From a virus: a stretch of DNA of 64,000 bases. A program made the position numbers and the translations under genes. The stretch spans positions 32,001 through 96,000 of IMG/VR virus record IMGVR_UViG_3300010412_000002. The stretch is one strand, 5' to 3'. The notes under the pieces are model-generated. The model made no database searches, had not been told where the DNA came from, and saw nothing but the letters and a program-made list of their open reading frames with translations. The stretch's first letter is position 1; the number at the start of each line of letters is the position of its first letter. Shown one piece after another: positions 15,485 through 26,782 of this stretch.

Positions 15485-17765
15485 TAGAGAGAACTTCTTA
15501 GTTCATGATTTTGAGGTACATCACCCAGCATCATTATCTTATAAAACATATTGGACAGAACAAAAACGTAGATGCATAGAGGGGCATTGGGTATCAGGTC
15601 AATGGATGCCTGGGCGTCTCTATTTCTATGTTAACATGGCTACTATTCTTTTAAATAAAAAAGGAAGTAAAGTCAAGTTCTATGGCAGGCCGCTGTTGCG
15701 AGACCTGGAATGGGCCTTTTTCCCTATTTGGGAAGAGGCTCGTGGTTTTTCTGGCTTTGACGAAGATGAAGAATATTCTTCGCATAGGGCTCTTCTAGAA
15801 TATGGGGAAGACCAAAAAGCAGAGCTAGAAATGAATTATCCAGACGCTTATCCAACGTTAGTAAAACCCGATGGTACGCTCAAAAAGTATGTACGAGCTA
15901 AGGATTACATAGGACAACAACATGCAACTTCTTTAGGAAAACCGCTATTTCTTAATGAATCAAAGAACCTAATGATGCTAGGTCCCCGCGGTTTCGGGAA
16001 GAGTTATTCCGTTGGATGTGGTATTGTAGCTCCAGAATTTCTGTTTGATGGCAAGACTCGACTGCGTAATCCAGATGGGAACAAGCCTTCTAGTGTATCA
16101 ATTGTAGGAGCTGCGGATGCTAAATATTCTAACGATCTACTAGGCAAAACAAAAATTACATTAGATAATTTACCTGGATCACTGGAGATAAATGGGGTAT
16201 TCACTCCTTCTCCTATTTCGAAAAAATACAAAGGATCTCTACAACCAGGTAAAGAAATAGAAGCTAGATATAAAGTAAAAGTAGGTGGGAACTGGAGAAC
16301 GCTTGGATCAGGTTCCCTTATTAAGAATCGTACCTTTAAAGATAATCCATACGCAATTCAAGGAACTCGTTCTTCCACGGTTATTTACGAAGAGGCTGGT
16401 ATGTTCTCAAACCTAAGAGAAAGTTACAACAACTCTGTGGATGTAATGAAAGATGGTTCACACAAGTTTGGTTCCGCGATGTTTCTAGGAACTGGTGGTG
16501 ACATGGGAGCTGGTACTATTGATGCTTATTACATGTTTTATAATCCCGATGAATTTGATCTTATTACATTTGATGATCAATGGGAGCATAAAGGTAATAT
16601 CAGTTACTTTATTCCTGCTCATTATGGAGATAATGCGTACAAAGATTCCCATGGTTACACCAGGGTTGAGTATGGTCTAAAACGAGAAATAGCTACCAGA
16701 GAACGGCTAGCAGGAGACAAAGGGGCTTCGTCTACTTTAGATGCGTACATAGTCTATCACCCACTTGTACCATCTGAGATGTTCCTTGTGAAGGGAACAA
16801 ATATTTTTCCTGTTCTGGAATTACGTAGACGTCGACAGGAGCTAGACGAAAGTTCAACTGTAGCTCTACTTGAAAAGAGAGTTGAACTATATTATGATCC
16901 TAATGCAAAGGCCACTGACGGCGTAAATTATAAGTTAGATGTAAGTAATAAGCTAAAACCTATTCGAGAATTTCCTTACAAAGGAGATGATAAAGAGGGA
17001 GCGCTTGTTATTTACGAGTTACCCATCTTAGATGATAAGACCGGAAAAGTGCCAAATGATCTGTATTTAATTGGGCATGACCCTGTAAGAACAGATAACC
17101 CAGACGGACCGTCTTTGGCTAGCGTGTATGTACTGAAGACTAAAAAATATAAGTACAAATATGGGCATGATGAAGTCGTAGCTCAGTATGTTGGTCGACC
17201 ATTTAGAGGTCGAAATGTAACCAACGAATTAATATTAAAGTTATCAAAATTCTATAACGCCAAAGTATATTTTGAAAATTCTGTTGGCAATGTTAAAGAA
17301 TATTTTGAAAAACATAAAGAGTTACATAGACTAGCAACACAACCAAAAACTGTGTTCACAAATAAAGCGTCATATGAAATTCGAGGAGCATCCACAGTAT
17401 ACGGATATCCAATGGAAGGACGCAAGAATAAAATTGATGCACTACATTACGTTGCTGAATGGCTACTAGAAGAAAGAGGCGAAAGTAGAGATGGCCGAAC
17501 GATACGTAACTTAGATCTACTACCTGATGTAGGATTGTTAGATGAATTAATCTTTTTTAACCTGGAGGGAAACTTCGACCGTGTCATGGGTTTTGCCGGA
17601 TGCATTGTTGGATTAGAAGAAACTCATAATCAGTACGAAGAGGAATTATTTGCGAAGACAGATACCAAGAATCCTATAACAGACTTTTTTAACAATAACA
17701 AAACTCTATTTGCAAATGGCATTAGTAAGCAACATGACCTTTCCCTCTCAAAGGCTGTCGTATAA
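15477..17765 (+). CDS. terL: Terminase large subunit (crAss-like)
   Basis: Walker A LGPRGFGKS; Walker B-like IYEEAG; GTGGD; nuclease IGHDP, YFEN, GNFDRV. Confidence 0.93.
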   Translation: MINRENFLVHDFEVHHPASLSYKTYWTEQKRRCIEGHWVSGQWMPGRLYFYVNMATILLNKKGSKVKFYGRPLLRDLEWAFFPIWEEARGFSGFDEDEEYSSHRALLEYGEDQKAELEMNYPDAYPTLVKPDGTLKKYVRAKDYIGQQHATSLGKPLFLNESKNLMMLGPRGFGKSYSVGCGIVAPEFLFDGKTRLRNPDGNKPSSVSIVGAADAKYSNDLLGKTKITLDNLPGSLEINGVFTPSPISKKYKGSLQPGKEIEARYKVKVGGNWRTLGSGSLIKNRTFKDNPYAIQGTRSSTVIYEEAGMFSNLRESYNNSVDVMKDGSHKFGSAMFLGTGGDMGAGTIDAYYMFYNPDEFDLITFDDQWEHKGNISYFIPAHYGDNAYKDSHGYTRVEYGLKREIATRERLAGDKGASSTLDAYIVYHPLVPSEMFLVKGTNIFPVLELRRRRQELDESSTVALLEKRVELYYDPNAKATDGVNYKLDVSNKLKPIREFPYKGDDKEGALVIYELPILDDKTGKVPNDLYLIGHDPVRTDNPDGPSLASVYVLKTKKYKYKYGHDEVVAQYVGRPFRGRNVTNELILKLSKFYNAKVYFENSVGNVKEYFEKHKELHRLATQPKTVFTNKASYEIRGASTVYGYPMEGRKNKIDALHYVAEWLLEERGESRDGRTIRNLDLLPDVGLLDELIFFNLEGNFDRVMGFAGCIVGLEETHNQYEEELFAKTDTKNPITDFFNNNKTLFANGISKQHDLSLSKAVV

Positions 17766-20145
17766 AAAGAAGATTGAAAACAATCTTAAGTGGGGAAAAG
17801 ACATGATCGACAATCTATGCTTGTATTATCAGCATAGCTACGATGGTGAGTCAGATAGTGAGGGCAGATCCTCTTATCGAAATAAATGGACAAACTACCA
17901 ACTATATAATAACATGTTGGAACAATCTGAATTTGAACGAGATTGCAACTTGTTAGGCATTGAAGTTGGTCAGTTTAAAGATGAGATTAAGCCTTACAAT
18001 AAGACTCCCAATAAAATTCAAGTTTTACTTGGAGAAGAAATGCGCAGACCTTTTAACTATAACAGTTTGCTAATCAATAGCTCTGGTATTCGTACAAAAC
18101 AGGCTATGCGCACCGAGCTGCTTAAAGAAACAATTCTTAAGAACATTGAAGAACTAGTTCAAGTTATTAGAGAACTAAATCAAAATCCTGAGGATCCGGC
18201 AGCAGAACAACGTGTGCAAGAGAAGATAAACGCTCTTGTACCGCCAGAAGAACTACAGACGTTGTCTCCTTCTACATATTTAGATAGGAGAGAAATTATG
18301 GCTACTAAGCTGCTTAAGTATCTAACTAAGCAGCAGAATATTCGTGAGAAGATGAACGACGCATTTAAACACGGACTCATCTCGGGTGAAGAAGCTGCTT
18401 GGGTTGGCGTACGTAATAACCAACCAGTTGTGGATGTTCTGAACTCACTAGGATTATTCTATGATAAATCCCCCGAAGTTAAATATATTCAAGATGGCCG
18501 CTTTGCTGGATATCGAACTATGATGACTACTGGCGATGTAATTGATCGTTGGATTGATGAGTTATCTGAAGATGATTTAACAAAGTTAGAGGGCCCTATG
18601 CAAGGTATAAATGGTGTTCGCGATGATCTAGTAGGAAAGGAAATGAACTACCATAATGTGGATCTATACTACGAATACATGTCTCGAATGGGAGACTATG
18701 GATTCGAAGAAGGCTCGTATGGCCGCGCTCAAAATGGTGATCACGTACTAGTTACGCATGTGGAATGGAAGTCAATGCGTAAGGTTTATTTTGTAACGTA
18801 TGTCAATGAATTTGGCGACAAGCAAAAAGATATCTACTCAGAAGAATTTGAAATTCCTTCTCATTTCCGTGAAGAGAAAAAGAACTTAGGTCCAACTAAA
18901 ACTAAGAAAGTTTGGACTGATGGTGTGTCAGTAATTGAAGAAGCCTGGATTCCAGAAGTATGGGAAGGTACTCGTATCGGTGATGATATTTATGTAGGAA
19001 TTCGTCCTAAGTCATATCAACATCGTAATGAAGATAACCCATATGATGTAAAATTAGGTTATCACGGGCTTGTATATAACAACATGAATGCAGGTTCTGT
19101 TTCTCTTATGGATCGTATGAAACCTTTTCAATATCTCTATTTCTTTGTAATGCATAAGATGAAACTTATGATTGCAAAAGATAAAGGTCAAGTATTCCAT
19201 TTCGATACTTCTATGGTACCAGAGAATATGTCTATTGAGAAGGTACTATATTACTTGGAAAATCTTGATCTAGATATTTATAACTCATTGCAGAACGCTC
19301 AAATGGCTGGGGCTACGCAACGTGGCAAGATTACTGGCTCAACGAATCGTTCCAATATGCAACACATCGTAAGTTATATTAATGTTCTGGATGCGTTGGA
19401 TATGCAGATTTCAGATGTAGCAGGTATTCCAAAACCACGCGAAGGTTATACACCTACTCAACAAGCAGTAACTAATGCGCAACAGGATCTTCAACAATCT
19501 TCTGCTGTTACGGAAGCTGTATACTTTGCTCCACACTATAATCTTTGGAGACATATTTTAACATCTCTTCTTGAATGCGCGCAGGCTGTATGGAAAAATA
19601 AATCTATTGTTAAGCAGTATGCATTAGATGATATGTCAATTGAAACATTGGAACTTACTCCAGATGACTTATCAAACGATTCTATTGGATTATTTGTTTC
19701 AAACTCATATGAAGATTCCCAGATTATAGAAACCTTAAAGAGCATGGCTCAGCCCCTTATTCAAAATGATAAGGCAAAGATCTCTGATCTTATTCGTATT
19801 GTTAAATCTAGTTCTATTCAAGAGCTTGAACAGTACATTCGTCAATCAGAGAAAACCGCAGAGGAAGCTCTTAATAGACAGTACGAACAACAACAGAAAG
19901 TTGTGGAAATGCAGATTGAGGCTAAGAAAGCTGAGATTGAAGATCAACAAGAACACGAAAAAGAACTCAAGCAGATGGAACTTGATAATGCCATTCTAAT
20001 AAAGCAAATGGAAATCGAGTCGGATCAAATGATAGACACATTAGAAGAAAGAAAGCTTGAGCAAGAAAGAACGCTTGCAGAGAAGAAATTAGACGTAGAA
20101 CGTCAAAAAGTACAAGCGCAAAAGAATAAACCCGTCAGCAAATAA
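17716..20145 (+). CDS. Portal protein (crAss-like)
   Basis: About 810 aa directly after TerL; WIPEVWEGTRIG, SLMDRMKPFQYLY; coiled-coil C-terminus. Confidence 0.9.
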   Translation: MALVSNMTFPSQRLSYKKKIENNLKWGKDMIDNLCLYYQHSYDGESDSEGRSSYRNKWTNYQLYNNMLEQSEFERDCNLLGIEVGQFKDEIKPYNKTPNKIQVLLGEEMRRPFNYNSLLINSSGIRTKQAMRTELLKETILKNIEELVQVIRELNQNPEDPAAEQRVQEKINALVPPEELQTLSPSTYLDRREIMATKLLKYLTKQQNIREKMNDAFKHGLISGEEAAWVGVRNNQPVVDVLNSLGLFYDKSPEVKYIQDGRFAGYRTMMTTGDVIDRWIDELSEDDLTKLEGPMQGINGVRDDLVGKEMNYHNVDLYYEYMSRMGDYGFEEGSYGRAQNGDHVLVTHVEWKSMRKVYFVTYVNEFGDKQKDIYSEEFEIPSHFREEKKNLGPTKTKKVWTDGVSVIEEAWIPEVWEGTRIGDDIYVGIRPKSYQHRNEDNPYDVKLGYHGLVYNNMNAGSVSLMDRMKPFQYLYFFVMHKMKLMIAKDKGQVFHFDTSMVPENMSIEKVLYYLENLDLDIYNSLQNAQMAGATQRGKITGSTNRSNMQHIVSYINVLDALDMQISDVAGIPKPREGYTPTQQAVTNAQQDLQQSSAVTEAVYFAPHYNLWRHILTSLLECAQAVWKNKSIVKQYALDDMSIETLELTPDDLSNDSIGLFVSNSYEDSQIIETLKSMAQPLIQNDKAKISDLIRIVKSSSIQELEQYIRQSEKTAEEALNRQYEQQQKVVEMQIEAKKAEIEDQQEHEKELKQMELDNAILIKQMEIESDQMIDTLEERKLEQERTLAEKKLDVERQKVQAQKNKPVSK

Positions 20146-20219
20146 TTACATAATTTTTTAAATAAATTGCTGTCCATAGGTTATTATATTATAAATTATA
20201 ATTAAAATTTTTTATCTTT

Positions 20220-21353
20220 ATGTCGACTGAATATACACTTGAAGACGTTCTCGAGTTTTTAGAAGCTGAAGAGCAGTCTGGAGAATATACAGATCAGAAT
20301 GTAGCAAAGTTCGAGAAAGAGAAAATCTCTACTCCTCCCAAAGTTGAATCAGAAGAAGAACCCGAAGAACTCGAAGAAACGGAAGAAACTGAAGAAGAAC
20401 CAGAGGAACAGAAACCTGCTATAATAGAAGAACAAGAAGAAAGTTCTGAAGAAGACGAAATCACTGAAGGTGATATCCCCAACGCTTATTATAAGTTTCT
20501 CGTAGATAATAATGTTATTGTTGTTGACGAGAATTTCAAGTTTGATGGTAGTGCAGATGCCTTAGAAGAGGCTCTACTCAAGACACGTGAGAATCTAACC
20601 ACTCAAGCTCTTACTTCTCTTTGGAACAGACTATCTCCAGACTTTCAAGCTGCCCTCAAATATAACTTAGATGGAGGCAAAAGTTTCGAAGAATTTGCAA
20701 AAGTATATAGTAAAACCGATGATATTTCAGCCTATGATCTAAATAAACTAGATGATCAAAAAGCTATTGTCGAAAAGTACTATAAGCTAACTAGCAAATA
20801 TAGCGATGAGCGTATCCAAAAATTCATTAACCGCCTAATTGAAACGGAAGAACTATACGATGAAGCGGAAGATGCTCTTGAATACATTAAAGAACACCAA
20901 GTTGCTGAACGTAAGAAGCTCCTAGAAGAGACCGAGCAAAAGCGACTTGAGCAAGAGAAAGCTGTGGAAGAATGGCGTTCTGGAATTATCGGATTAATTA
21001 ATGATTCTGAAATTCCTAAACCACGTCGTTCTAAAGTTCAAGCTTTCTTACTGAATCCAATTAAACGTGGAGAATCAGTTGGAACTGATTTTGAAAGAAC
21101 TTTATCTGCTATCTTTCAAAACCCACAGCATTACATTCAGCTAGCAGATATTTTATATAACTACGATGAAAAGAAAGGTCTCGATCTTTCTAGGTTCGTC
21201 GAGAAACAAAAAACTCAGGCCAGCTCTAAGTTTCAAAAAGAACTAGAGGAGGCACTTCGCACAGGCGGAAAAGCAAGAGGAGGTAGTCCCGAAGCACCGT
21301 CGAAGTCGCTGAAATTGGACTGGGAAAATATCCTAGAACAACTAGACAATTAA
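20220..21353 (+). CDS. Acidic scaffold-like protein
   Basis: Glu-rich N-terminus, helical; between portal and capsid genes. Confidence 0.7.
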   Translation: MSTEYTLEDVLEFLEAEEQSGEYTDQNVAKFEKEKISTPPKVESEEEPEELEETEETEEEPEEQKPAIIEEQEESSEEDEITEGDIPNAYYKFLVDNNVIVVDENFKFDGSADALEEALLKTRENLTTQALTSLWNRLSPDFQAALKYNLDGGKSFEEFAKVYSKTDDISAYDLNKLDDQKAIVEKYYKLTSKYSDERIQKFINRLIETEELYDEAEDALEYIKEHQVAERKKLLEETEQKRLEQEKAVEEWRSGIIGLINDSEIPKPRRSKVQAFLLNPIKRGESVGTDFERTLSAIFQNPQHYIQLADILYNYDEKKGLDLSRFVEKQKTQASSKFQKELEEALRTGGKARGGSPEAPSKSLKLDWENILEQLDN

Positions 21354-21370
21354 TAAAATTTTAACTTAAC

Positions 21371-22843
21371 ATGGCAACTACTAGAAGTCAATTTATTATT
21401 AAGCATTACGATGGATTTGGTGGCAACTTTGTTGACTCCCAATATCTGGCTGCTTCTTACGAAACTGGCAAGCCGCACATGTTCAACAATACTCTGATGA
21501 AGATTTATTCTTCGCAGAATCGTTGGTTCACTGGCAAGCCGCTGCTCGGTATGACGGGCGCAAAATCTTTCGGTAAAGTAACTATTGATACCGAAATTTT
21601 CCGTTGGAAACTGCAAGGTGCTGAAGAAAAAGTCGCCCGCGTTGTTGAGAACGTGGACGTCTCTAACACTACTCCAGGCCTGAATGGTGCTACTTTCCGT
21701 ATCAAACTCGATCTTGATTACTATGCAGAACCGGATGTACTCCTTCCGGAAGATAACGATTTCCCTTGTGAAATCATTGGTGATCCTATTCAAGATGGTA
21801 CTGGTTATGTGTACGTTCTACGTCTGCAGGGTGATGATCCTACCTCTGTACTCCCCGCTTACCTCATGGAAGAAGGTCGTGAGTGGAGCAAAGGCTGGAC
21901 CACGGTACAATCCGAATACAACAAGAAGTTTGGTACCCAACAGGTTCCTGCTTCCTTCATGCTCGAAAGCCAAGTTGGTGCCTTCGCTCAGAAGTTCACT
22001 GTAACTGATAAGGCTATGCGTGATGAAGGCCGTTTGGCAGTTGAATTCATGGTAACTGACCCCAAAACTGGCAAAGAAACCGTAGTTAAGCGTTTCATGC
22101 CTATGTTCGAAGCTAAGATGCACGATGAACTCTATATGTCTATGGAGTATCAATTCCATCTTGGTCGCAAGCAAACTCGTCCTGGTCATGACGGTTACTG
22201 GAAGAAGACTGGTCCCGGTCTGCGTCAGCAACTTGCTGATTCTTGGATCGAGTACTATAATGGTCCCCTGACTGTTAACCGCCTGAAGGATTACTTGCTT
22301 TCTATTTTCTTCTCACGTGAGAATGAGCAGAATAGAAAAGTCACGGTTATGACTGGTACCCTTGGTTCCTTGATTTTCCATGACATGCTCGCTTCCGAAG
22401 CTTCTAGCTTCTTCACGGTTGATACTAACTTCGTACAGCAGATTTCAAAGAATCCGCGTCACCTTTCCTTCGGTGCTCAATTTACGCACTACCAAGGTCC
22501 GGAAGGAATCGAAGTTACGTTGATCAAAAATCCACTTTACGATTCTCGTAAATTCTGTAAGCGCATGCACCCGCTGTATCCGGAATTCCCAATTGATTCC
22601 GCACGCTTTACTTTCCTTGACTTTGGTACTTCCGATGGTCGTAATAACATCTCGATGGTTGAAGTTGCTGATACCTATCGTTATGGTTACACCGTAGGTA
22701 CTGTAGGCCCAATGGGTCCAGTTAAAGGTGGTCAGGCTGGTGCTCTTGTCGCTGGTTATGATATGTTCGTAGAAGGTACTGGTGGTATCTGGATGGTAGA
22801 CATTACCCGTGGTGGTGAATTGATCTACGACTACGAATATTAA
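21371..22843 (+). CDS. Major capsid protein
   Basis: 490 aa; crAss gene order; high-expression codon bias; GPGLRQQL, FGAQFTHY. Confidence 0.9.
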   Translation: MATTRSQFIIKHYDGFGGNFVDSQYLAASYETGKPHMFNNTLMKIYSSQNRWFTGKPLLGMTGAKSFGKVTIDTEIFRWKLQGAEEKVARVVENVDVSNTTPGLNGATFRIKLDLDYYAEPDVLLPEDNDFPCEIIGDPIQDGTGYVYVLRLQGDDPTSVLPAYLMEEGREWSKGWTTVQSEYNKKFGTQQVPASFMLESQVGAFAQKFTVTDKAMRDEGRLAVEFMVTDPKTGKETVVKRFMPMFEAKMHDELYMSMEYQFHLGRKQTRPGHDGYWKKTGPGLRQQLADSWIEYYNGPLTVNRLKDYLLSIFFSRENEQNRKVTVMTGTLGSLIFHDMLASEASSFFTVDTNFVQQISKNPRHLSFGAQFTHYQGPEGIEVTLIKNPLYDSRKFCKRMHPLYPEFPIDSARFTFLDFGTSDGRNNISMVEVADTYRYGYTVGTVGPMGPVKGGQAGALVAGYDMFVEGTGGIWMVDITRGGELIYDYEY

Positions 22844-22869
22844 TCACATTTAAACTATATAATATAATT

Positions 22870-22889
22870 CTTCATTATTAATAATGAAG
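22870..22889. promoter_or_regulatory. Perfect 20-bp palindrome
   Basis: CTTCATTATTAATAATGAAG downstream of the capsid gene. Confidence 0.5.
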
Positions 22890-22915
22890 GACGTTAAAGC
22901 ACTAAAAACGTAAAA

Positions 22916-23887
22916 ATGGGACGCAAAGTTTTTATTAAGTCAATTCCGCGCGAAACTGCGCTGAAGATAGAAGACTGGGTCAACGACTCATCTGGTATTA
23001 GAATGAAGAAAACCAAAGTAGGACGCACTCGCGACGCTATTATGGCTCTTTATAGTCCGAAAGTTGGGGGCCTAAAGAATGGGCTTAGTTATAAGCCTTG
23101 GATGGAAGAGGGTAAGCAGGTGAAGGACGCAAACGGGCAACCTCTCACGCTTCAAGATAAACTTGAAAAAAAGTGGGGATTGGAGCCCGGTACCCTCACC
23201 AACAGAAGTTGGAGAAGAGGGGAATCTACATCTGAAGACAAACTTACTTACTATCAGAAGACAACTTGGAAACTTAACGATGGTTCCACTGTACTAGATC
23301 TCGATAACATGGAAGATGAATTGGGATACTACGTAGCACTGGACGACTCTAAAGTTGCCAACTCTGAGGCAGAATGGCGATCACATAAATGGCCAAAAGC
23401 TACTCATTATATTGCTTGGGAAAATGAAGCAGAAGAACTCAAGTTCTCTCGTACTTCTCAAAAATCTAAAGCATTCTCGCAATTGCATGATCCAGAGATG
23501 TCTTCTACTATGAAACGTAAGTTCATCTACTTACTTGGAATCGCATCCGCAACAACCACCCTTACAGACGAACAAGTACACAACCTACTATTTGATTATA
23601 TTGATGCTACGGCATTTACCCCCGGCTCGAACATCGAGAAGTTCCAAGAACTTTCTGGGATGCTCAAGTCCAAAGACGGTAGAGATCAGCTTGAAGCTCG
23701 TTTCCTATTGAAGCAAGCTCAAGATTATCGAATCATATATGAAAAAGCAGGTACGTACACATGGGTTCGTCCGGAAGGAACTCTTGAATTAGGTAATACT
23801 TTAAGCGAAGCTGTAGACTTTATCCTGAATCCCAAAAAACAGGGTCTAGTTGAAGAACTCGAATCCGCAATCAAAGCTAAACAATAA
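22916..23887 (+). CDS. Conserved crAss-like post-capsid gene (structural/assembly)
   Basis: Position directly after the MCP in the conserved block. Confidence 0.65.
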   Translation: MGRKVFIKSIPRETALKIEDWVNDSSGIRMKKTKVGRTRDAIMALYSPKVGGLKNGLSYKPWMEEGKQVKDANGQPLTLQDKLEKKWGLEPGTLTNRSWRRGESTSEDKLTYYQKTTWKLNDGSTVLDLDNMEDELGYYVALDDSKVANSEAEWRSHKWPKATHYIAWENEAEELKFSRTSQKSKAFSQLHDPEMSSTMKRKFIYLLGIASATTTLTDEQVHNLLFDYIDATAFTPGSNIEKFQELSGMLKSKDGRDQLEARFLLKQAQDYRIIYEKAGTYTWVRPEGTLELGNTLSEAVDFILNPKKQGLVEELESAIKAKQ

Positions 23888-23889
23888 CG

Positions 23890-24615
23890 ATGATAATCAC
23901 CGAAATGCACTACGACTTTGACGTGAAAATTGATAAAGTAGCGTCATCGGGTAAGGCAAACTTTACACGGCCTGAAAAAGACTGGCTATTAAACCGTGGT
24001 ACCGAGCTTTTCATTAAGCAAAAATATGGAATGAATAATCCGCATAGGACAGGTTTTGAAGGAAGTCAAAAACGAATTGATGATTTAAAATCACTCGTAA
24101 TTAAATATCCTGAACAACCTGGAATCACTCCTACAGTGCATGATGAAAATACTTATGAAGTACCACTAAGCTCTTTGGTCTATCCCTATTGGTTCTTAGT
24201 CCGAGGTAGTGCTGAGGTAGTCTTTTCAGATTGTGTTCAATCCGCTTCTCTGAAGTTTATACAGCATGATGATTTAAATTATGCTCTTAAAGATCCTTTC
24301 AATAAGTCTTCTCGTGAAGAAATCCTATTTAACTTCGGTAGATCCTCCCAGGATCCAAGTATAGATTCTATTTATCTATACCCTGGGGGGTTAACCTTAG
24401 GTAAAATTTATTTGGAATATATTAAGCAGCCAGCAAGACTAAACTATGGCGGCTACCAATATATTGATGGAGTTACATACGCCCAAACAAATAGTGATCT
24501 TCCAGAACATACACATAGTGAGATAGTCGACTTAGCCGTGCAATTAGCTGCTGGCATTATAGAGGATCCTAACTACGTACAGTTGAAAACACAACAAGTG
24601 TTCACAAATGAATAA
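23890..24615 (+). CDS. Head-tail ring (adaptor) protein
   Basis: GFEGSQKRIDDL; LPEHTHSEIVDLAVQLA; crAss gene order. Confidence 0.75.
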   Translation: MIITEMHYDFDVKIDKVASSGKANFTRPEKDWLLNRGTELFIKQKYGMNNPHRTGFEGSQKRIDDLKSLVIKYPEQPGITPTVHDENTYEVPLSSLVYPYWFLVRGSAEVVFSDCVQSASLKFIQHDDLNYALKDPFNKSSREEILFNFGRSSQDPSIDSIYLYPGGLTLGKIYLEYIKQPARLNYGGYQYIDGVTYAQTNSDLPEHTHSEIVDLAVQLAAGIIEDPNYVQLKTQQVFTNE

Positions 24616-24634
24616 TTATTTTAAATTCTAAAAT

Positions 24635-26023
24635 ATGTCTTTATTTACGCAAAACAATAAGCGTGCAAACGAGACTTTTTTGGTAGCCGGAGTCTCTACG
24701 ACGACCGTGCCTAACCTTGGTACTGCTCTAGTTAATTCCTCTACTGGCGCCGTTAATCTTAGCGATGGCCAGATTGGTTTCTTTGCTGCTTATCCGATGG
24801 ATGGTGGTTCTATTTTGAATCTTAATACCGCCCTCAATCATACTACTACTTATAGTACGGTAGCCAACGCTCCTTGGATTCAAATTTTCCAAGGCACGGA
24901 GGATTCCGCAAACCCCGGCGCTTCTACCAAGAAGTATCCGCTTTTCCCGCGTCCGTACGAAGCTTCTAATGTAATTAAGGGTACGAACAATCTATCCGTA
25001 ACCAAGCAAGCTCCCGTATCACCTACGACGAGCACCTGGGTTATGGGTTCCGCCCAAGGTAACCACAATTCAATTACTGCTCTGGATAATACGGAGTATG
25101 GTATTGCTATTGCTTACCGTGGTCGCATGATGGATGAACTTTACTCACCCGAAGCTTCCAACCATATTACGCACTATTACACTACTCCTAACTATACCGC
25201 TTTGTCTACAGCTCAGCCTACGGATCATCTCCTGCAGAATCTTGCATGGCAGATTAACCGCAACTCTAAGGCTGTTGCTGTTAACCGTACGAAGTACCGT
25301 GGTTCTGAGCCTGTTGTTGCTCTCCTCGTAGACTCCAACACTCCTTCTGCTGGTGTAGCTATTGGTGGTGGTTCTCCTATTGCTGCTGGTGATACTATTC
25401 CTGTGGTTACCACTAACTTTGGTACTCGCTCGATTATCCTCACCGCAGATCAAGCAGAGTCTATTAAGAATGCTATGATTGCCGCTACTGGCCAAGTTAT
25501 TGCCTCTGTAGATGCTAACATTCTTAATATTAATCTTGCTACTGCTGGTACTGCTACTGGCGGTGTTGCTGATACCCTTATCTTGTTGGCTTTAGATCGT
25601 GATCAAGCTTTCGAAGATCGTATTCCTCAAGTCAAAGTCCGTTTGGACGTAGCAACCGCTGCTGGATTTGATGTCGACACTACTTACCTCACGGAAGAGG
25701 AAGAAGCTAGTGAAGGCCAAGGTCAAGGTCGCTGGTTGGATCTGTGGTACAAAGCTACCCATGGTCAACGTAAGTACAGCCTCGATCACACTATGGATCC
25801 CGTAATCGAATTCGATTCTCCGATTGATGTTACGGATGCCTATTATCAGTATACGATCCTTCATGAGGACGTAAATCAAGTAGATACGCATAATGTAGTT
25901 GTTTCTCCGCTCAAGGAAATTCTTCTTGTTCCGGATGCTAACACCACTCTCGTAACTGCTATCGACAACGTATTTGGTGCTTGGGTAACCTCTGCCAATG
26001 GCGTTGGTATTGTATCTGTATAA
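24635..26023 (+). CDS. Abundant virion structural protein (auxiliary capsid-like)
   Basis: Same codon bias as the MCP; EGQGQG motif; crAss gene order; followed by a GCAA hairpin. Confidence 0.65.
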   Translation: MSLFTQNNKRANETFLVAGVSTTTVPNLGTALVNSSTGAVNLSDGQIGFFAAYPMDGGSILNLNTALNHTTTYSTVANAPWIQIFQGTEDSANPGASTKKYPLFPRPYEASNVIKGTNNLSVTKQAPVSPTTSTWVMGSAQGNHNSITALDNTEYGIAIAYRGRMMDELYSPEASNHITHYYTTPNYTALSTAQPTDHLLQNLAWQINRNSKAVAVNRTKYRGSEPVVALLVDSNTPSAGVAIGGGSPIAAGDTIPVVTTNFGTRSIILTADQAESIKNAMIAATGQVIASVDANILNINLATAGTATGGVADTLILLALDRDQAFEDRIPQVKVRLDVATAAGFDVDTTYLTEEEEASEGQGQGRWLDLWYKATHGQRKYSLDHTMDPVIEFDSPIDVTDAYYQYTILHEDVNQVDTHNVVVSPLKEILLVPDANTTLVTAIDNVFGAWVTSANGVGIVSV

Positions 26024-26043
26024 TCTAATTATATAAGTAGGGA

Positions 26044-26061
26044 AGGGGGAGCAATCCCCCT
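26044..26061 (+). terminator. GNRA-loop hairpin (terminator/stabiliser)
   Basis: AGGGGGA-GCAA-TCCCCCT; weak U tract. Confidence 0.55.
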
Positions 26062-26085
26062 GCTCTATTATTAAACGTAACAATC

Positions 26086-26772
26086 ATGGCTAAGGCTAAA
26101 TTTTTTCTTAACGAAAATCGCAATACACAAATTGATCCTTCTACGGCTCTTCCTACTGACATTTATTTGCCTGCAAATAATGGTCGTGATGTAATCCGTC
26201 GGGAATCTACACAAGGTCGATTTTCTACTACTGTCCCAAGCTATTCTGTTTCTCTTAACAGCTATCTTACTAATTGGTTAGCAGAGAACTTTGATGCTGG
26301 GGATATTGTCTATCCCTTTACAGGTAACTTTGAGGTAGCTTCCGATACTGCTGTTATTACATCTGCAGTTGGTGTAGGTGTGACTGCTACTGCAGGTGAA
26401 ATTGATCTAACTTCTGCTGGAGGACCTATTGACATTAATTCTGCTACTGCTATCACTCTGGATTCGGACGGCGCTACAACTATCACTGCTGCCACCAATC
26501 TAACTGCTGAAGCAACTGCAGGCAAACTTAATCTTGTTGCAGGTACTTTGGATGTAGATATTGACGCCAATACGGATGTAACTGTTAACGCCACTACTGG
26601 TGATATCATTCTTACATCTGGTGATGATATTATCTTTACTCCAACTGCTAATCTCACGTTCACTCTTGCCGCTATTCCTACTTATGCAGACGATACTGCT
26701 GCAGGTGTTGGAGGATTGACCGCAGGTCAAGTTTACAAGCAGGCTACTGGAGAATTAATGATCAAACTTTAA
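26086..26772 (+). CDS. Fibre/decoration protein, paralogue 1
   Basis: T/A/G-rich GDIxLTS-type repeats; C-terminal IPTYADDTAAGVGGLTAG. Confidence 0.65.
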   Translation: MAKAKFFLNENRNTQIDPSTALPTDIYLPANNGRDVIRRESTQGRFSTTVPSYSVSLNSYLTNWLAENFDAGDIVYPFTGNFEVASDTAVITSAVGVGVTATAGEIDLTSAGGPIDINSATAITLDSDGATTITAATNLTAEATAGKLNLVAGTLDVDIDANTDVTVNATTGDIILTSGDDIIFTPTANLTFTLAAIPTYADDTAAGVGGLTAGQVYKQATGELMIKL

Positions 26773-26782
26773 TTTCTAATCT

